Shown here: positions 39,160-52,959 of the stretch, piece by piece
Position numbering within the stretch: the stretch's first letter is position 1
How the letters are laid out: the number at the start of each line of letters is the position of its first letter
NCBI GenBank assembly: GCA_951406725.2
Contig: OX597816.1
Location: 121,768,001-121,832,000, forward strand
DNA from: Octopus vulgaris
Taxonomy: Eukaryota
DNA length: 64,000 nt
Direction: 5' to 3'
Made by a program: the position numbers and the translations under genes
The notes under the pieces: generated by a model
What the model was told of the DNA's origin: nothing
Databases searched by the model: none
What the model saw: only the letters and a program-made list of their open reading frames with translations

Positions 39160-41345
39160 GTAATGTGTATAGGAACCACAAAATGGTTACACTGGATATT
39201 AAACTTGATGATTTAAAAAGACTTTATGCAGAAGTGAAACTAAGTTATATTGTCAGAACATGAAATCTTGCATCAGGAACAAAATGTGACAACAGAAAAA
39301 ATTATGTCAAGTGCTCAAGAAGCTACTCTGCTGACTGTCCAGACCATATTTTCCCATTGATCCAATATAATGCTTAAAATGGAATGATTTTTGAGTGTAT
39401 GTATCAAGGATCAGAATTGACGTAATGTGCCAATAATCATGATGGTAATTCAAAAAAAGAGCCAAAAGTTTATGTGATGATTTGCAGAAAAAGGAAAGTG
39501 AAACTTCAAATGAAGGAACCCTTTTTGAAAAGTAAAGTCTTGTTTGAAAGGTTTAAGAAGTGCATGAATTTGCACAACATAAAAATGATTGGTGAAACTT
39601 TAATCAGTGATACAGAGGACTGCTACTAATTATCCTAAACAGTTGAAGAAAATGATTGCTGCAGGGGATTACATACCAAAGCAAGTATACAATGTTGATG
39701 AAACTGCACTTTTCTGGAAGTGCATGCCTGCTAGAACCTTTATTTCTTGATAACAACAATCATTTAAAGCAGCCAGAAATCATCTGTCACTTCTTTCAGG
39801 AGGAAATGCCACAAGTGATATGAAATTAAAGCCCCTACATGTGCATCACTCCAAAAATTCTAAGGCTTTCAAGGGTTACACAAAGTTTAACTTCTGATTT
39901 TGTGTTCAAATAAGAAGGCATGGATGACTGAGAGCCTTTTCAAAGAGTGGTTTACACAAAAGTGTACAGTGCAATAGAAAGGTACAGTGCCAGACACAAT
40001 ATTTCCAACAGAACATTGCTTCTTTTAGACAATGCACCAAGCCACCCATCAACCTTAGATGACCTTTCTGATAATGTAAGAATAGAATATATCCTAAAGA
40101 ATACAACTTTGCTCTAGTGTGATATCTAACTTTAAGAGATATTGCATGAGAGGAAGTTGTAAAACAACTTATGAAAGCAATTGACTAGGAGGATAAACCT
40201 ACAGTTAGAGATTTCTGGAAGAAATTCAGCATAATGGATGTTGTGTATAATGTAGCTGAATCATGAGTTGAAGTGAAACCTTCAACTTTGAATAGTGCTT
40301 GGAAAAGTATATGGCCAGACTGTATTTATGACACTACAAGTTTTCTTCCAACAGAGAATGTCTGCATCAAATTTGGAAAGAAATTGTGACACTTGCAAAG
40401 GATGTAGGATATGAAGAAGTCAAAGAGGATGATGTAGTTGAGTTGCTAGTATCCCAGAGAGGAAGTTTATCTAACAAGAAGCTGATGCTGTTAGAAAAAG
40501 AAAAAGCTGAGAATACAGTGGAGACAGCAGAAGTTCCACCTAGACCACTTAAATTGGCTACAAAAATTATTGGTAAAAGGTTGATACTAATAGAGGGAGG
40601 TCTGCAGGTTTTTACTAATAATGATTCTAATCATGAACATTATAAAAATTACAAGTGGAGTTTACAATGAGCTTAGTTCCTGTATAAAGAGATGATGCAT
40701 CATAAACAGTAAACAACTTTGGATAAGTTTTTCACCCTTCAAGGTGATGCTGGTGATAATGAATTATAAGACAGTAAATATTTATCTCAAATTTTGACAG
40801 AAGGCCAGCAAGTTCAGAGGAGTGATAAGTCAATTATATCAACCCCCATACTCAACTGGTACTATTTTGATCAACCATGAAAGGCAAAATCAACATTGGC
40901 AGAATTTGAACTAAGAACATGAAGACAAGCATTTTGACCAGTGTGCTAATGATTCTGCCAGCTTACTGCCTAATGAATTATAAGAAAGTAAATATTGTCC
41001 TGTATCTTCCCAGTAATTCCACCATTCCACCACCACCACCCCTCACACAGTACTCTTACAATATAATGATTTTTATTAATTCCCTAATGTATTCCTCTTG
41101 AAATGTCTTTTGTGTTTTTATGTCTCTATATTGTACCAAGTATGTTTAGAAATTGTTATTTTCATGTATAAAGATAATAGGATTGCTTGTTATTTGTTGT
41201 TTTTGTTTTGGAGGGGGTATTCTTTGAAAAAGTCCATAGGAACATAATCTCACTTGATAATATGAAAATCAATAGAAAAATTCCACATTTCAGAAGTTCA
41301 CATTACAGCCAGATTTTCAGGAACAACTTAATATGGATTCCTGTA
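39160..41345 (+). mobile_element. Decayed Tigger/pogo transposon (TIGD1-like transposase)
   Basis: VYNVDETALFWKCMPARTFIS, GGNATSDMKLKP, SNKKAWMT, LDNAPSHP and C-terminal TTLDKFF (PIP-box-like, about 40713-40735); SINE inserted at about 40795-40970; right boundary tentative. Confidence 0.88.
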
Positions 41346-41599
41346 TATCCCACACTACATCACCCATTGTATTCTTTCTAAGACAGTAGTCCTAATTGCT
41401 TTAGCAAAAATATAATTCGCAACCCAACTATAAAAGCTGATTTACATGTACACTAGTTTCCAGCTTATTATAGCAAGCCTAGGTATTGATTTGTTTTTCT
41501 TTTAAATGGTCTATCAGTAACACAAGGACAAAGTAACAACTTTTTATGACTGTATAATGAGTATATTACCATTAGAAGTAATAGGTTAACTGTCAGGTT

Positions 41600-43300
41600 A
41601 AGTTGGTTCCATTCAAATCTCTGGGATGACATTAAGAGTAAAGTGATCAATATCACCCAGGAGTGAGCTGAGAGAAAGCTATTCCTGAAGGTTGGGCAGA
41701 GCTGACAAACATCTGCATCGTGTCCATCATATAGTACTCTCTGAGCCCATCACAGCTTGCTCTTGTTTTTGCCTGTTCAGATTGAAGCATCTTTTATTTC
41801 ACTGCTTGTAAAAAGAGCAAATTCTAATGGCCAGGAACACCATCTGCTACAAACACCATTGCAGACATCTCAATGGAATGCAGCAGGATGGTAGAATTTA
41901 GCTTCTGCTTATTTTGTTGAGGATGTTTGGGAGCACAATCAACGTCATAAATGGGAGGGAGCTTAAGGATGGTTGGGTTGAGAGGTCTGAGATCACCTAT
42001 GTATGCTCTCAAAAAATTTAACAGCTTTAGTGGAAAGTCAGTTGAGTGCCAGAGAAAAGGTAAAATATAGGAAATAAGACAGACCATGCTACACTGCATT
42101 ACTATAGCAAAGGCAATGCACTTCAGAAGACTGACCATGTTGTTAGCAAGAAGAGACTCAATAGATCACAGTGTGGTAGCTGCTCCATTAAGCAAGTTAC
42201 TCAGAATGGCACATCAAACTGTATGCAAGTGATCCTTTTTATCTTGATCTCTCCAAATAAGGTGAGCAAGGCAGTACCAAAATGCCATCCCAGAATGGCA
42301 ATTCTATCAGCATCTTGAGGTTGTGACACTTTTGGAAACTAACTCAGATCCAGCTACGGTTTCTTCTTGGAGGCATTCAGCCATTATCAATTGGAGGTAG
42401 CCTGGCATCATGCTCTTTTATCAAGTGAATATGCAAACCATTACTCTGACTCCATGATTCCTATTGTATTGGATGGAACAGCTATAACCAAACGATGTTG
42501 CTGGCATTACTGTCGGTCAGCTGGAGCATCAGCATTGAATGGCATAGACTATGTTGAAACACTGACAACTTGGAGCCTTACATATGTAGATGCACTAGTA
42601 GTATACAACTAACATATTTCATGATGGCTTAATCACAGCTCACATACCCTGTCAGTGGGTGAACAATACAGCACTTTGTGAATTCTACTTTGCATTGAGA
42701 GGAAGAACCCCAACATTGATGGATCAAAAAGTAATATAACTGTGCAAGCTTGGTTACTACAAGCCAGATATCACTGTAGTAAATTTTCTGATATTCTCTA
42801 GGCAGATACACAGATCACTGTTCAGAAAAGATCAATGAGCACAGAAGGCTCAGTGTGCACCATAGCTGATGCAAGGACATGCTGATCCTGCAGTGCTAGG
42901 TCAGGCAAAGAACAGAACTAGGCATCTAACATCTGGTATGTTGTCAGATGCACACAAATATCAACAAGTCAGGTAACGTGACCAGTATAACTTGGATATC
43001 AGTTTTTATAGAGAGGACTAATAATGATGTACTCAACAAAATTTTGTGTCAACAAGAATCAATAGATTGGTTTGTTTTAAAAGACTTTCAACTTGGAGAC
43101 TAGATAACTTTCAGAAATCCCAGCCAGGCAGTGCTATCAGAATTTTTGAGTGGAGATCTTGCCAATACAAAATAAACTCAATGGAGTACAGGAATGTTGT
43201 TAGCTAGGCCACTCTCAGCTGCATGCAAAATGACAAAACGATTTTACAAGCACTCATTTGCAAAGTTACGTAGAACAACTGTTATCACATGTTCAATGGG
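41600..43300 (-). mobile_element. Very old LINE remnant (APE plus RT, possibly CR1/L2-like)
   Basis: Higher GC block; minus-strand traces GISESYL, LIDLF and WSQSNGL; no long ORF. Confidence 0.35.
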
Positions 43301-45857
43301 TCTGGCAATTGGCTGAGTCCATCAGAAAAACTGCGCTGTCACCTACCTTTAGTTGGGAATGGAAGTCAACTTTTCTTTGTCTGATGGCTATGATTAAAGA
43401 GGTTGTATAGTGGATATAACTGACAAGACATAGAAGAGATACTTTCCTTGTCAACCAAGTCCTTACTGATATTAAGTTTAACTTGGACAGGAAGGTGGGG
43501 GCAGAGAAGGCAGTGTTACCTTCTAGAAAATTTATTAAAAGTTAGGTGAAAGTGGTAAGCATGATTTGAATGAGTGAGCCTACAACTGGAAAAGAACTTG
43601 GTAGTCAGGATAATGCTATAATTGTGGTGTTCCTTGAATGACCAAAGGTAGTAGGGCCTCCACATAGGACATTATCATATGTTTGTTTTGTGTTTTTTTT
43701 TATATCTTTTACTTCTTTCAGAATTAGACTGCAACTATGCTGTGACACTGCCTTATAGAATTTTAGTTGAATGAATCAACACCCCCAGTCTTTTTTTTTT
43801 TTTTCAAAGCCTAGTACTTATTCTTGCTGCCTCTTTTATTGAATTGCTAAGTGACAGGGACAGAAACACACAACACCAGTTAAATGGTGATGGAGGGCAA
43901 ACACATTCAGTTTCTAAATAGTAATCTGTTCCATTAATCATCATGGTTGTGGTAATAATAAAGACATTATTATCTGTCAGAGAAAGACATAGGAATGAAT
44001 ACAAAACACTTCAAAGTAGGTACTTTAGAATTGTTAGGGTTGATAAAGTAAATTGCAAACTAGCTATCAAACTTACTGTTTAATCTCCAAAGTCTTATTT
44101 CATTAGGCCAACAAAACTATTCCTTTATGCCTGCTTAATGCAAAATGCTTTCACTCTTTCACTCACAAACACATATATAGGCACAATTTATGATTTAGTC
44201 CAAAGTTGTATCTGCATGTTTAGTATTAAATTGTGAGTTAAATCAGCAACATTGTGCGGGTATGTTTTAAGCTATAGAATAATAATTCTTCTCCAATGCA
44301 TCTTACACATAAACACTGCAACTTGCTCATATTTCATAAATTTTAATGAAAAAGAACTAGGTAAAATAAACAGGTGAGTGGACAATTCTAAAGTGGCTTG
44401 AAACTATACAAGCAATATATTTGTGGGGGGTGGGGGGGGTAGACAGACAGATACACAGATAGAAAGGTAATTTTACAACTGCATTTTGATGCTGGCATAT
44501 AGCATGGATTGGATGGTTTGAGAAGGACCCAATAAGTCAGAGGTCCAAGATGTTCTCCACTATCTCTGTTTTTGCATCATTTCTATAGCTGGATACCATT
44601 CTTAACACGAACCACTTTACAGAGTGTACTGGGTGCTTTTGTTAATGGCACTAGGACGGGGGAGATGGCCTTGTGACTTGTAAATTAAACACACATATAA
44701 ACACCCACTGACACACACTAAGAACTTATTGCTTTACACATGAATACAAAATCACTTCAGAATTTTTTCTTGAAAATTTAAATATACATGCAAATCATGA
44801 TATCTATAATTTCTCAAGAATTTGTGTCAGTCCCAAATCTGAATCCAAGAACACACCAAGTTTTATATCTCAAAACAAAGAAAGATTTACAACTGTTTTA
44901 TTATAAATATATATAATGTTTAATTGTAGACTATATGCAGAAAATATATCATCTAATTCTGCCCCTAATTAATTGGACTATTACTCTCGCCTGATTCAGG
45001 AATTTGATGCCTTTGTAATTATTTCTACCTCAGGCATCTTTTTTACTATTGTAACAATTGACCTTAAAGCTGTCATTGGATGTATCACCTTCCTGTACAA
45101 CTTGATTAAACTATGTGAGTGGCTAGGCCATATTCTACTCTACCAGATATTTTACACATCCCACTGGTGATTTTTGATGGATCAAGAGCTTTCTGGTCTT
45201 CGTATCCTTAATTGCTTTATTTACTATACTGCTGTCAACTAACAAAGCTGGTTCTTCTATTGGGTCCACATTAGGAAGACACTCTCTCATGCATTCACTA
45301 CATGTAGTACCCTTTCAAGGTAGCACTTCCATGCTACCTCCTTTTCAGACTTACTAAGTGCAAGTGTACCGTAATCCATCAGCACACACTCCTCACCCAC
45401 ATCTCAATTCTCTTCGGTATACTATATAGCACACACACACACTTACAAATACTACATATACCATATCATTGACCCACTAAAAGAGCTTCTACAGTGTCAA
45501 ATAACTGAGCATAGCAATCAACTATCCAACAATAAATGTTTTGAATTTTAAAATGAGAGTCCACATTAAGTCTGAAATGTCTAGACAACATGAACCACAT
45601 TAAAAATAAAACCTATCCAATGCTTTGTCCAGTTATTTCTTTGTCATAAGTTTACTAAAATAAAGCTGACCAGACATATTGTATGTTTAGCTAGTCTTCT
45701 AACAGAGACCACCACCAGTGTATTTAGCATGTAATGTGTCCTAAGCACCAAGGGGCTTTTATATTGCTGATGCTTAACTGCTTTTTCATGACAGTGTGGA
45801 TTGAGAGAATATTCTCCAAAACAAGATGCCAGTTTATTGCAGCTAACACTACCAGAT

Positions 45858-46122
45858 TACATTATTATTTACATTATTTACAATTGACGGATATTTGTCC
45901 TCATATTGTTTGTTGTTAACACAACATTTTGGCTGATATGCCCTCCAGCCTTCATCAGGTGTCTTGGGGAAATTTTGAACCTGGGTTTTCATTCCTAAGG
46001 TATTTTTCGATGTTATTATTATTATTATTATTATCAATTATTATTTTTATTCAGGTCACTGCCTGGAATCGAACTCGGAATCTTGGGGTTAGTAGCCCAT
46101 GCTCTTAACCACTACGCCATAC
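45858..46122 (-). mobile_element. tRNA-derived SINE carrying a hammerhead-like motif in its 3' part
   Basis: Head TGGCGTAGTGG (A box) and GAGTTCGATTCC (B box), (TAA)n spacer, then hammerhead fold at 45963-45918. Confidence 0.85.
45918..45963 (-). ncRNA. Minimal type I hammerhead ribozyme motif, mutated
   Basis: GACAC CUGAUGA A GGCUG-gagggcauau-CAGCC AAAA UG UU GUGUU; stems I and II pair; GAAA CG is replaced by AAAA UG, consistent with two CpG transitions. Confidence 0.75.
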
Positions 46123-46489
46123 CTAACTGAGAGACAAACAAAGGTAATTTTGAACAAAATTTTCTCCTCAGAAACACAAGAAAATCACCATCAGATTTGA
46201 ACACATGATCAAAGAGCAATAGTCCTATACTTTATCCCATTCAGCCAATTCACTTTACTGCTTGGAATGGCACTACAGAGCAGTAACAACAATGAAGTTG
46301 CTGGTTTCAAGAGTGTATACAAAAAAAATTGATTGTGTTAGCAAAAACTCTCAATAATGACTTCTCAATTTGTAGCCAGTGACATATAACTAGTTGATCA
46401 ATTAATCATATCACAGCTGAGAACATGACTGGCTTTAGCCAAACAAATAATTACAAGCAAACAGAAGAAAGAAAAAATGTGTAACTTAC

Positions 46490-46557
46490 AGGGCATAGAA
46501 TGGCATACACTCGGCCAATACTGTCCAGTGTCTCGCTTCAACCATATTCTCACAGTC
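46490..46557 (-). CDS. WDFY2: WDFY2 coding exon 2 ([22 protein letters not shown])
   Basis: WLKRD.GQYWPS motif; AG/GT bounded, 68 nt; the 11 exons total 1066 nt and join into one open frame. Confidence 0.97.
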
Positions 46558-47589
46558 CTGATGAAATAGGTAAAATAGAGTTAATAGAAAGAAAAGAAGG
46601 GATATAGAAAAGGAGAGAGTAGAGAGACAGAGAATGAAGGAGTAAAGAACAATAAACATACAAATAAAAGAGAGACAAACAAGCTGGAGTAAAGGAGGAA
46701 GATATTGAGACAGTTTGTTTTGCTTACTGTAATAAATTCTGAAAGTGAGAAGTTGCCTATGTTTAATTTCAAATTTGTTCCCATTTAAACTGTAAAATAT
46801 GCTGTTGTTGTTGACCATAGTTTATATAAATAGAGCTCCACCTGAACTGAGAAAAATAGTAGTTATATGGTTACACAACTTGCCAGAAACAGCAACAATC
46901 AAATCTCACTAAAATTATATCTGACCACCTTGAAAAATATAGGGGAGAGAGACACTGGATAATATAACCTATGAAATAGATGGAATAGTCTTCACTCAAA
47001 TGTCTTTCATCATAGGCCTGCTCATCTAAGGTTAAGCATCAACAACAGTATGGTTATACACTAACATTTCATGATTTATCTAAAATTCTTTTCACCTAAC
47101 TTTTGACAATTAAAAAAAATGTTATTTTGTTCAAAGAGAAGTAGCCAAGTCCTATCTCTTGCAGACCTATCAGAGTGGTGGTATTAAGGCAGTTCATTTT
47201 AGTACCCATACTACAATGGAGAAAGCAGTTTATTAGTTAGTAACTTTTACTAAAAGAAAGCAATCATTAAGGGTTAGACTGTCTGGAAAATCTTTATAAA
47301 TTCCACTTTTAATATATTCTTGTCAAAATGTGGATTTTGCAACTTCTTCTATCACTGAATATTTCAAATATATGCTTCAATCACAAATGTTATTCAATGA
47401 GTCATATCATTTTACTGCGGGGCAGTACTTTGTAACATTTGTTTATATATCTGGAAATAAATGTCGCCTAATATTTTCAACACTACTTTCTACAAATTAT
47501 AAGTTTAATTCAGCATCAACCAAATCTTTTCATATTTGTTGGGTGTTGTTGAAGAAATAGAAAACTGAATAATGAAATTGGCTTTAATT

Positions 47590-48722
47590 TACTTATGTCA
47601 ACTGGACATTTTGTCTTCATAACTTTCAGGACAGTAGATATTTTTTAGTGAAAATTTCTACAAAAACTTTTCAGATGTCATAGATTACATCAAAATTTAA
47701 TGTGAAATCTAAATGAGGAGGAGATATTTAATCCATGCATCTCAAATTTATTTTCCTCATACATTTTGATGATTTCATAACAATTATGTTGAAAAAAAAA
47801 TTACTTTTGAGAACTATTCCACCCTTTCCTGAAAATTCTATGAAAGAAATCTTTGTAGAAAGCAGTGTACAATATGAACATTAATTATTGAATACATATT
47901 TCTTTCAGTATTTTACTGCAATCTTAATTTCTCTCTCTTAAACAGTCTGGAAGGTGGTCTATCCCCTACATGGTTGTTTAGTATGGCTAGAAATAGAAGG
48001 GATCACATGTCTCAAAAATAATCTTTATTTTCAACATAACTGTAATTAAATCATCGAAACATTGAGGAAATAAGTTGATATGTGTGAGATATCCACCTTC
48101 CCCAATTATTTTTTTCCACACTAAATTCCTATATAATTATTATCTAAACCATCAAAAAGTTATTTGTAGAAAATTTCACTAAAAAAATTCCCACAAATTC
48201 CAATATAATAGGCACAGGTGTAGCTGTGCAGTAAGAAATTTGATTCTCAACCACATGGTTCCAGATTCAGTCCCACTACGTGACACCTTGGACAAACAAA
48301 AGCCTTGTTAGGGGATTTGGCAGACGGATGCTGAAAGAGGCCAGTCATGTGTGTGTCCCCACCACCACCACCACCACCACCACTTGACAAGTGTTGGTTT
48401 GTTTATGTTCCCATAACTCAGCAGATCAGCTTAGGAGATCAAAAAGATAAGTACCAGGCTTATTTGGGCTGATTTGTTCAACTAAAAATTCTAGGCAGTA
48501 CCCCTAGGATAACCAGTCTACTAATTGACACTAGTGAAAGATAATCATAATCTACCTCATCTGAAGTGTATTTGTAGAAACTTTCATTAATAAATATCCA
48601 TTTTTCAAAAAGTTATGAAGAAGGAAATTTAGTAGGGCACATTTCTGTAGTTATGCCCTAATTTTACTGGTCAAGTAAGTTATTAAACAAAAAAAGAGGA
48701 TTCAAAAGATAATTGGACATAA
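47590..48722. mobile_element. Foldback-like DNA element with long imperfect inverted repeats, interrupted by a SINE
   Basis: About 47640-47812 is the diverged reverse complement of about 48010-48187 (tttagtgaaaatttctacaaa / tttgtagaaaatttcactaaa); further match at 48570-48620. Confidence 0.6.
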
Positions 48723-50084
48723 CAATCAGAAAAATTACACAAACTAAGAATCAAATGTGTAAATTTGATTTAGTAACTAGCAGAAAACTGCCCAGAGAGC
48801 TGTCTTTCTGCTAGTTTTGTAAACTAATTGCTGCTAGTTTTGTCCTGAGAGGAAATGGTGTCACATACAGTTTCAGAAGTGAAACTCAGTAAAGAAACAG
48901 ATGGAATGTGCATTGACTCACTACTTCAGTGGAGTAATGCAATAGCTATGGTAGAAGAAACAGAGGATATAGTAATGCACCATCCCAGATTTGTATGTAA
49001 TATTACACTATGATTTTGAAAAGAGAAGCCTTAGATCTTAAGGAAGGAATTAAGGACAAGTTTAAAAATACATTTGTGGCTGACACGAAGGCTAATAGTT
49101 GCAGATACTGTGAAGTTTTTTGTTTTTTTTTAGTTATGCATCGTTCATGAGTTGAAAGATGGTCATGGTGTTTCCTTGAGTATTTAACAAAGAGGAGAAC
49201 AGAAATATGATGTTAAATGGTCTACCAAGACATCTTAGAAATATTATCTTCCTTGAAATAGGCTAAAAGCTAATACCAAATCTGTGTGGAAAGTTCAGGT
49301 CCTCTGAAGTTGGTGAAATTGATGTAAGAAGGTCGGCTGAAAAGTTCATAGGCTGCATAAGATACTTTTATGGAATGTGACTAAATGAGGTTTACTTTTT
49401 AAAATAGTCCCCCTTGTAGTCCACACACTTCTCCTACTGGTTATGCCATGCTTGGATCCTATTGGTGAAGGAACTTTCATCCTGTCACTCAAAAATGTCA
49501 TCAGCACTGTTACAGGGACGTAAACACACCAACACTGGTCACCAAGCAGTGATGGGGGACAAACATAGACACAACACACACAAAGTGCTTCTTTCAGTTT
49601 CTCTCAACTAAATCCACTCATAAGGCTTTGGTCGGCCTGAGGCTATAGTAGAAGACACTTGCCCAAAGTGCCACACAGTAGGACTGAACCCAGAACCATG
49701 TAGTTGGGAAGCAAGTTTGTTATCACATAGCCACAGAAGAAAGAACTTACAAGTAAGAGAAGGTTTCAATAAAGAAATTAATTGTAAGAAACAGGAACTA
49801 CAACTTATTTAATACAAAGTCAGTCCTGATTTGTCAAATGTATCACATGAACCAGTTTCTCTCTTCCTTTTCTTTTTCTCCCTAAAGACAACACAACGTA
49901 TCAAGAACTACATTATCCAATGTATTTTTCCATTTTTGAAACAGCACATTGAAATTTTAGGAAGATTTGGTATCTATTTCTAGCAAAACTTATAGATTTC
50001 CTTCTTTAGTTCATAGGACCAACAGTACATGAAGAACATTTTAAAGACTAGTATGTTATTCTGCATTCATTCTGTTATACAAGA

Positions 50085-51195
50085 CATAAGACAAAGCTAA
50101 GGAAAATGCTACAGACACAGTAAAAACAGAGAAAGTGGTTCTTCTACCCACTTATTTGGGAAGAAGGACTTCAAGAATTAGGGTGGAGGGAATTCCACTG
50201 GAAATTGACGTGGCTTGGATCTTGGCAGCTGTTCTTCTGGGAAGTGAGGAAGAAGTAGCTGTCCTCCAAGCCACAAAGAAGGAAGGCTCGGTTTGGAAAG
50301 GAAAAACAATGGATCTGATTGTACAGGCTGCAGTAGAGACACTCGAAAATTTAGTGGAGATAGTATCAGAGATATGGTGCTGAAAGTGTGGGTGGAGGGC
50401 AGGACTCCTCCCTGCTTTAAATGTGGCCCAAAAGGCCACATTAGAGCACACTGCCCTCTGCAAATGCAGGCCCTGGAAAGGATGGACAAGAGGCTGGAAA
50501 AGAAGCAAGAGGAGGAAAAGGAAAGAAAGGAAGAATGGAAAATTGCAGAAGGAAGGCAGAAAAAAGGAGAAACGAACAGTGTTATGTGGAACCCCACCTC
50601 ACCATTACTCTCTGAGACCCCCCTCCCCTACAGATACCGAACCCACCCATCCCCTCCTATACAATCCAAAAAGAAATAAGAAATGCAATCACAACAAAGT
50701 ACAAAGTATTCCCTTCCCCGTGAAGTAAATTATGTTTGTATACTGACAGACAACGAGAATAAGGAACTAATTTGGAAAGTAACAGGTTGGAAGACAGCAA
50801 AAATGGTTTATACAGAAGGATATAATAACACAATAAGGTGGCACATGTGTGTGCTGCTTTCAGAAAAGCAGATAGGAGAGGTGAAAAATTACAAAAAAAG
50901 TTTTAAGTTTTGGAAGATCAATACGGACATTAAAAGGATACCGGACAACATAAGGTATGAGAAACTATTGGTGAAATTTGGTGTTGATGTGGTAAAAAGA
51001 CTTCCAAGGAAGTAAGTGATGCTGCTTGAGGTGGGGAAAGCAGCACATTTCCATTTTCTCAATCTCGTTATTCATTCATACTATCATATTTATAACTTTA
51101 TTTGAATTTTATTTTAATTATTTTGTGTTATATGTCCCCACATGTGTTTGTGTTGTCCCCTCTTTGTTAGGCCCCTTGTGGGAAATAAAGAAATA
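50085..51195 (+). mobile_element. ORF1-only (gag-like CCHC) retroposon, 5'-truncated copy 1
   Basis: VVLLPTYLGRRTSRIRVEGIP, VWVEGRTPPCFKCGPKGHIRAHCP, stop at 51015, about 180-nt 3' UTR ending gccccttgtgggaaataaagaaa; no RT. Confidence 0.75.
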
Positions 51196-51199
51196 ATGG

Positions 51200-52892
51200 T
51201 TTCTTCAATGTTTGTATATTTATACTTTGCTTTTTGTACTGGTGTTTTATTCTTTTGAACATGTTGTGCTGCTTTGCAGCAGTTTGTTTGTGGTTTGTTT
51301 GTGCTTTCTCTTCTCGTGAAAGGAGAGGTAGCTTAGTAAAAACATATCTGTAGAAGATTATAGCTTCTCAGACATATTGTCGCTGGAAGAGGAATTGTTG
51401 GAGGCGGTTTGGTAGATGGACAATCAATTGAAGAAGGGGAAGAGGAATTTTGCCAATGTGGCAAAATGCCAGGAGAAGGAAATGGATATCGGAAAATTTG
51501 GAAGGTATAAAGATTTAGTAAGTTGGGATGGTTTTGAGGTGAAGCTGTCCCCCACCACAAGTGACACATAATAACAATAAGGAAACAATAATGTACTGAA
51601 TCTTTTCAATAAGTAAAGGAAAAATTGACATTGTGACTACGGACCAGGTGGAAAAGGCTATGAGACCGATATGGAGCGATATTGTGTACCTCGCAAGAGG
51701 TTTGATGTTTGGAGTAGTGGTGGTGAGGTCCAAGGACATAGCAACAGCAAGGAAACAAGAAGCGACATCCATCAAGAGTGAAGAAGTGGTGTTTCTGCCC
51801 ACTTACCGAGGATTAAGAGCAACAAGAATCAGTGTAGAAGGAATTCCGCCAGCGAGACAGATGTGGCCCGGGTAGCAAACACTGTCTTTCTTGGAAACAA
51901 GGACAACATAGTGGTTATCCAGGCCAGAAAAAAGGAAAGCATGATATGGAAGGGACAAACACTGAACCTGATTGTTCAAGGATCAACCAAGACTCTGGAA
52001 AATATCAGAGTCAATAATTATGGATGATGTGATAATGACGGTCCAGGTGGAGGGCAGAGTCCCCAGCTGCTTTAAATGTGACCCAAAGGACCACATTAGA
52101 GTGGATTGCCCTTCATAGACCAAAAAAGCAGAGGAGAAGTGACTGAAGAATATGGAGGAGCAAAAGGAAGAGAGGTTGGAGAGTTCCAGAAAAGAGGACG
52201 GAGTAGTAGCAATGGAGGACAAGTGGGAAAAAGTCACTGAAAGAAAGAGAAAGCAAGTGTTTTGAACTCTAAACCTCAACCCACACCCTCTCAGACCCAC
52301 CCTCCCCCACAGACACGAAGCCTACTCATTCCTCTCCGACACAAAAACAAAAGAAAAAGAAAACAAGTACACACAAAACCCCTCAAACTCCCTCCAGCCA
52401 GACAGAAAAGAAAAAATGTATTGTAATAATGTATGATGATTCAAATGAGGAATTATGTAAGGAGGTAATGACATGGGAAGAGTGTAAAAAATGGAAACAG
52501 AGGGGTATGACAATGTTAAGAGGTGGAACCAATGTGTGGTATCCACAGAGGAATAAAAGGTGAGGTTGACAAGGCATGAAAGTGGATATGATTGGTGGGA
52601 TGTGGAACTTGATTGGAACAAACTACCAGACCTTTTAACATATGAAAAATTGTTGGAAAAGCATGGTGTAGACATTTTTGAAGGTTCAAGGTATAAGAGA
52701 TGTTAGAAGGCAGAAATGGAGTTGCTCAGAGGTGGGGCTGAGTAGTTTCATTGCATTTTCTCATTTTCATTATCATCATGTTCTCATATGTTGATTTGAT
52801 TTTTTGACCTTTTCTTTCTCTTTTTGTTTTGTGTCCCCATATGTTATGTATTGTCCCGGCTGTGTTAGCCCCTTATGTGCAATAAAGAAACA
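51200..52892 (+). mobile_element. ORF1-only (gag-like CCHC) retroposon, copy 2
   Basis: VVFLPTYRGLRATRISVEGIPP, VQVEGRVPSCFKCDPKDHIRVDCP, same 3' UTR ending gccccttatgtgcaataaagaaa; no RT. Confidence 0.75.
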
Positions 52893-52959
52893 ATGGTTTC
52901 TTTCAAGGTTTGAAGAGAAGTCTTTAACTTAGTTTTTAATGAAATGACGATATAGAAAA

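Noticed and set aside
46055-46122. Possible tRNA gene
   Set aside because: Has A and B boxes but no convincing acceptor stem or T-run terminator; continues into a SINE body.
50152-50597. Minus-strand ORFs of 118 and 139 aa
   Set aside because: Antisense shadows of the plus-strand zinc-knuckle ORF.
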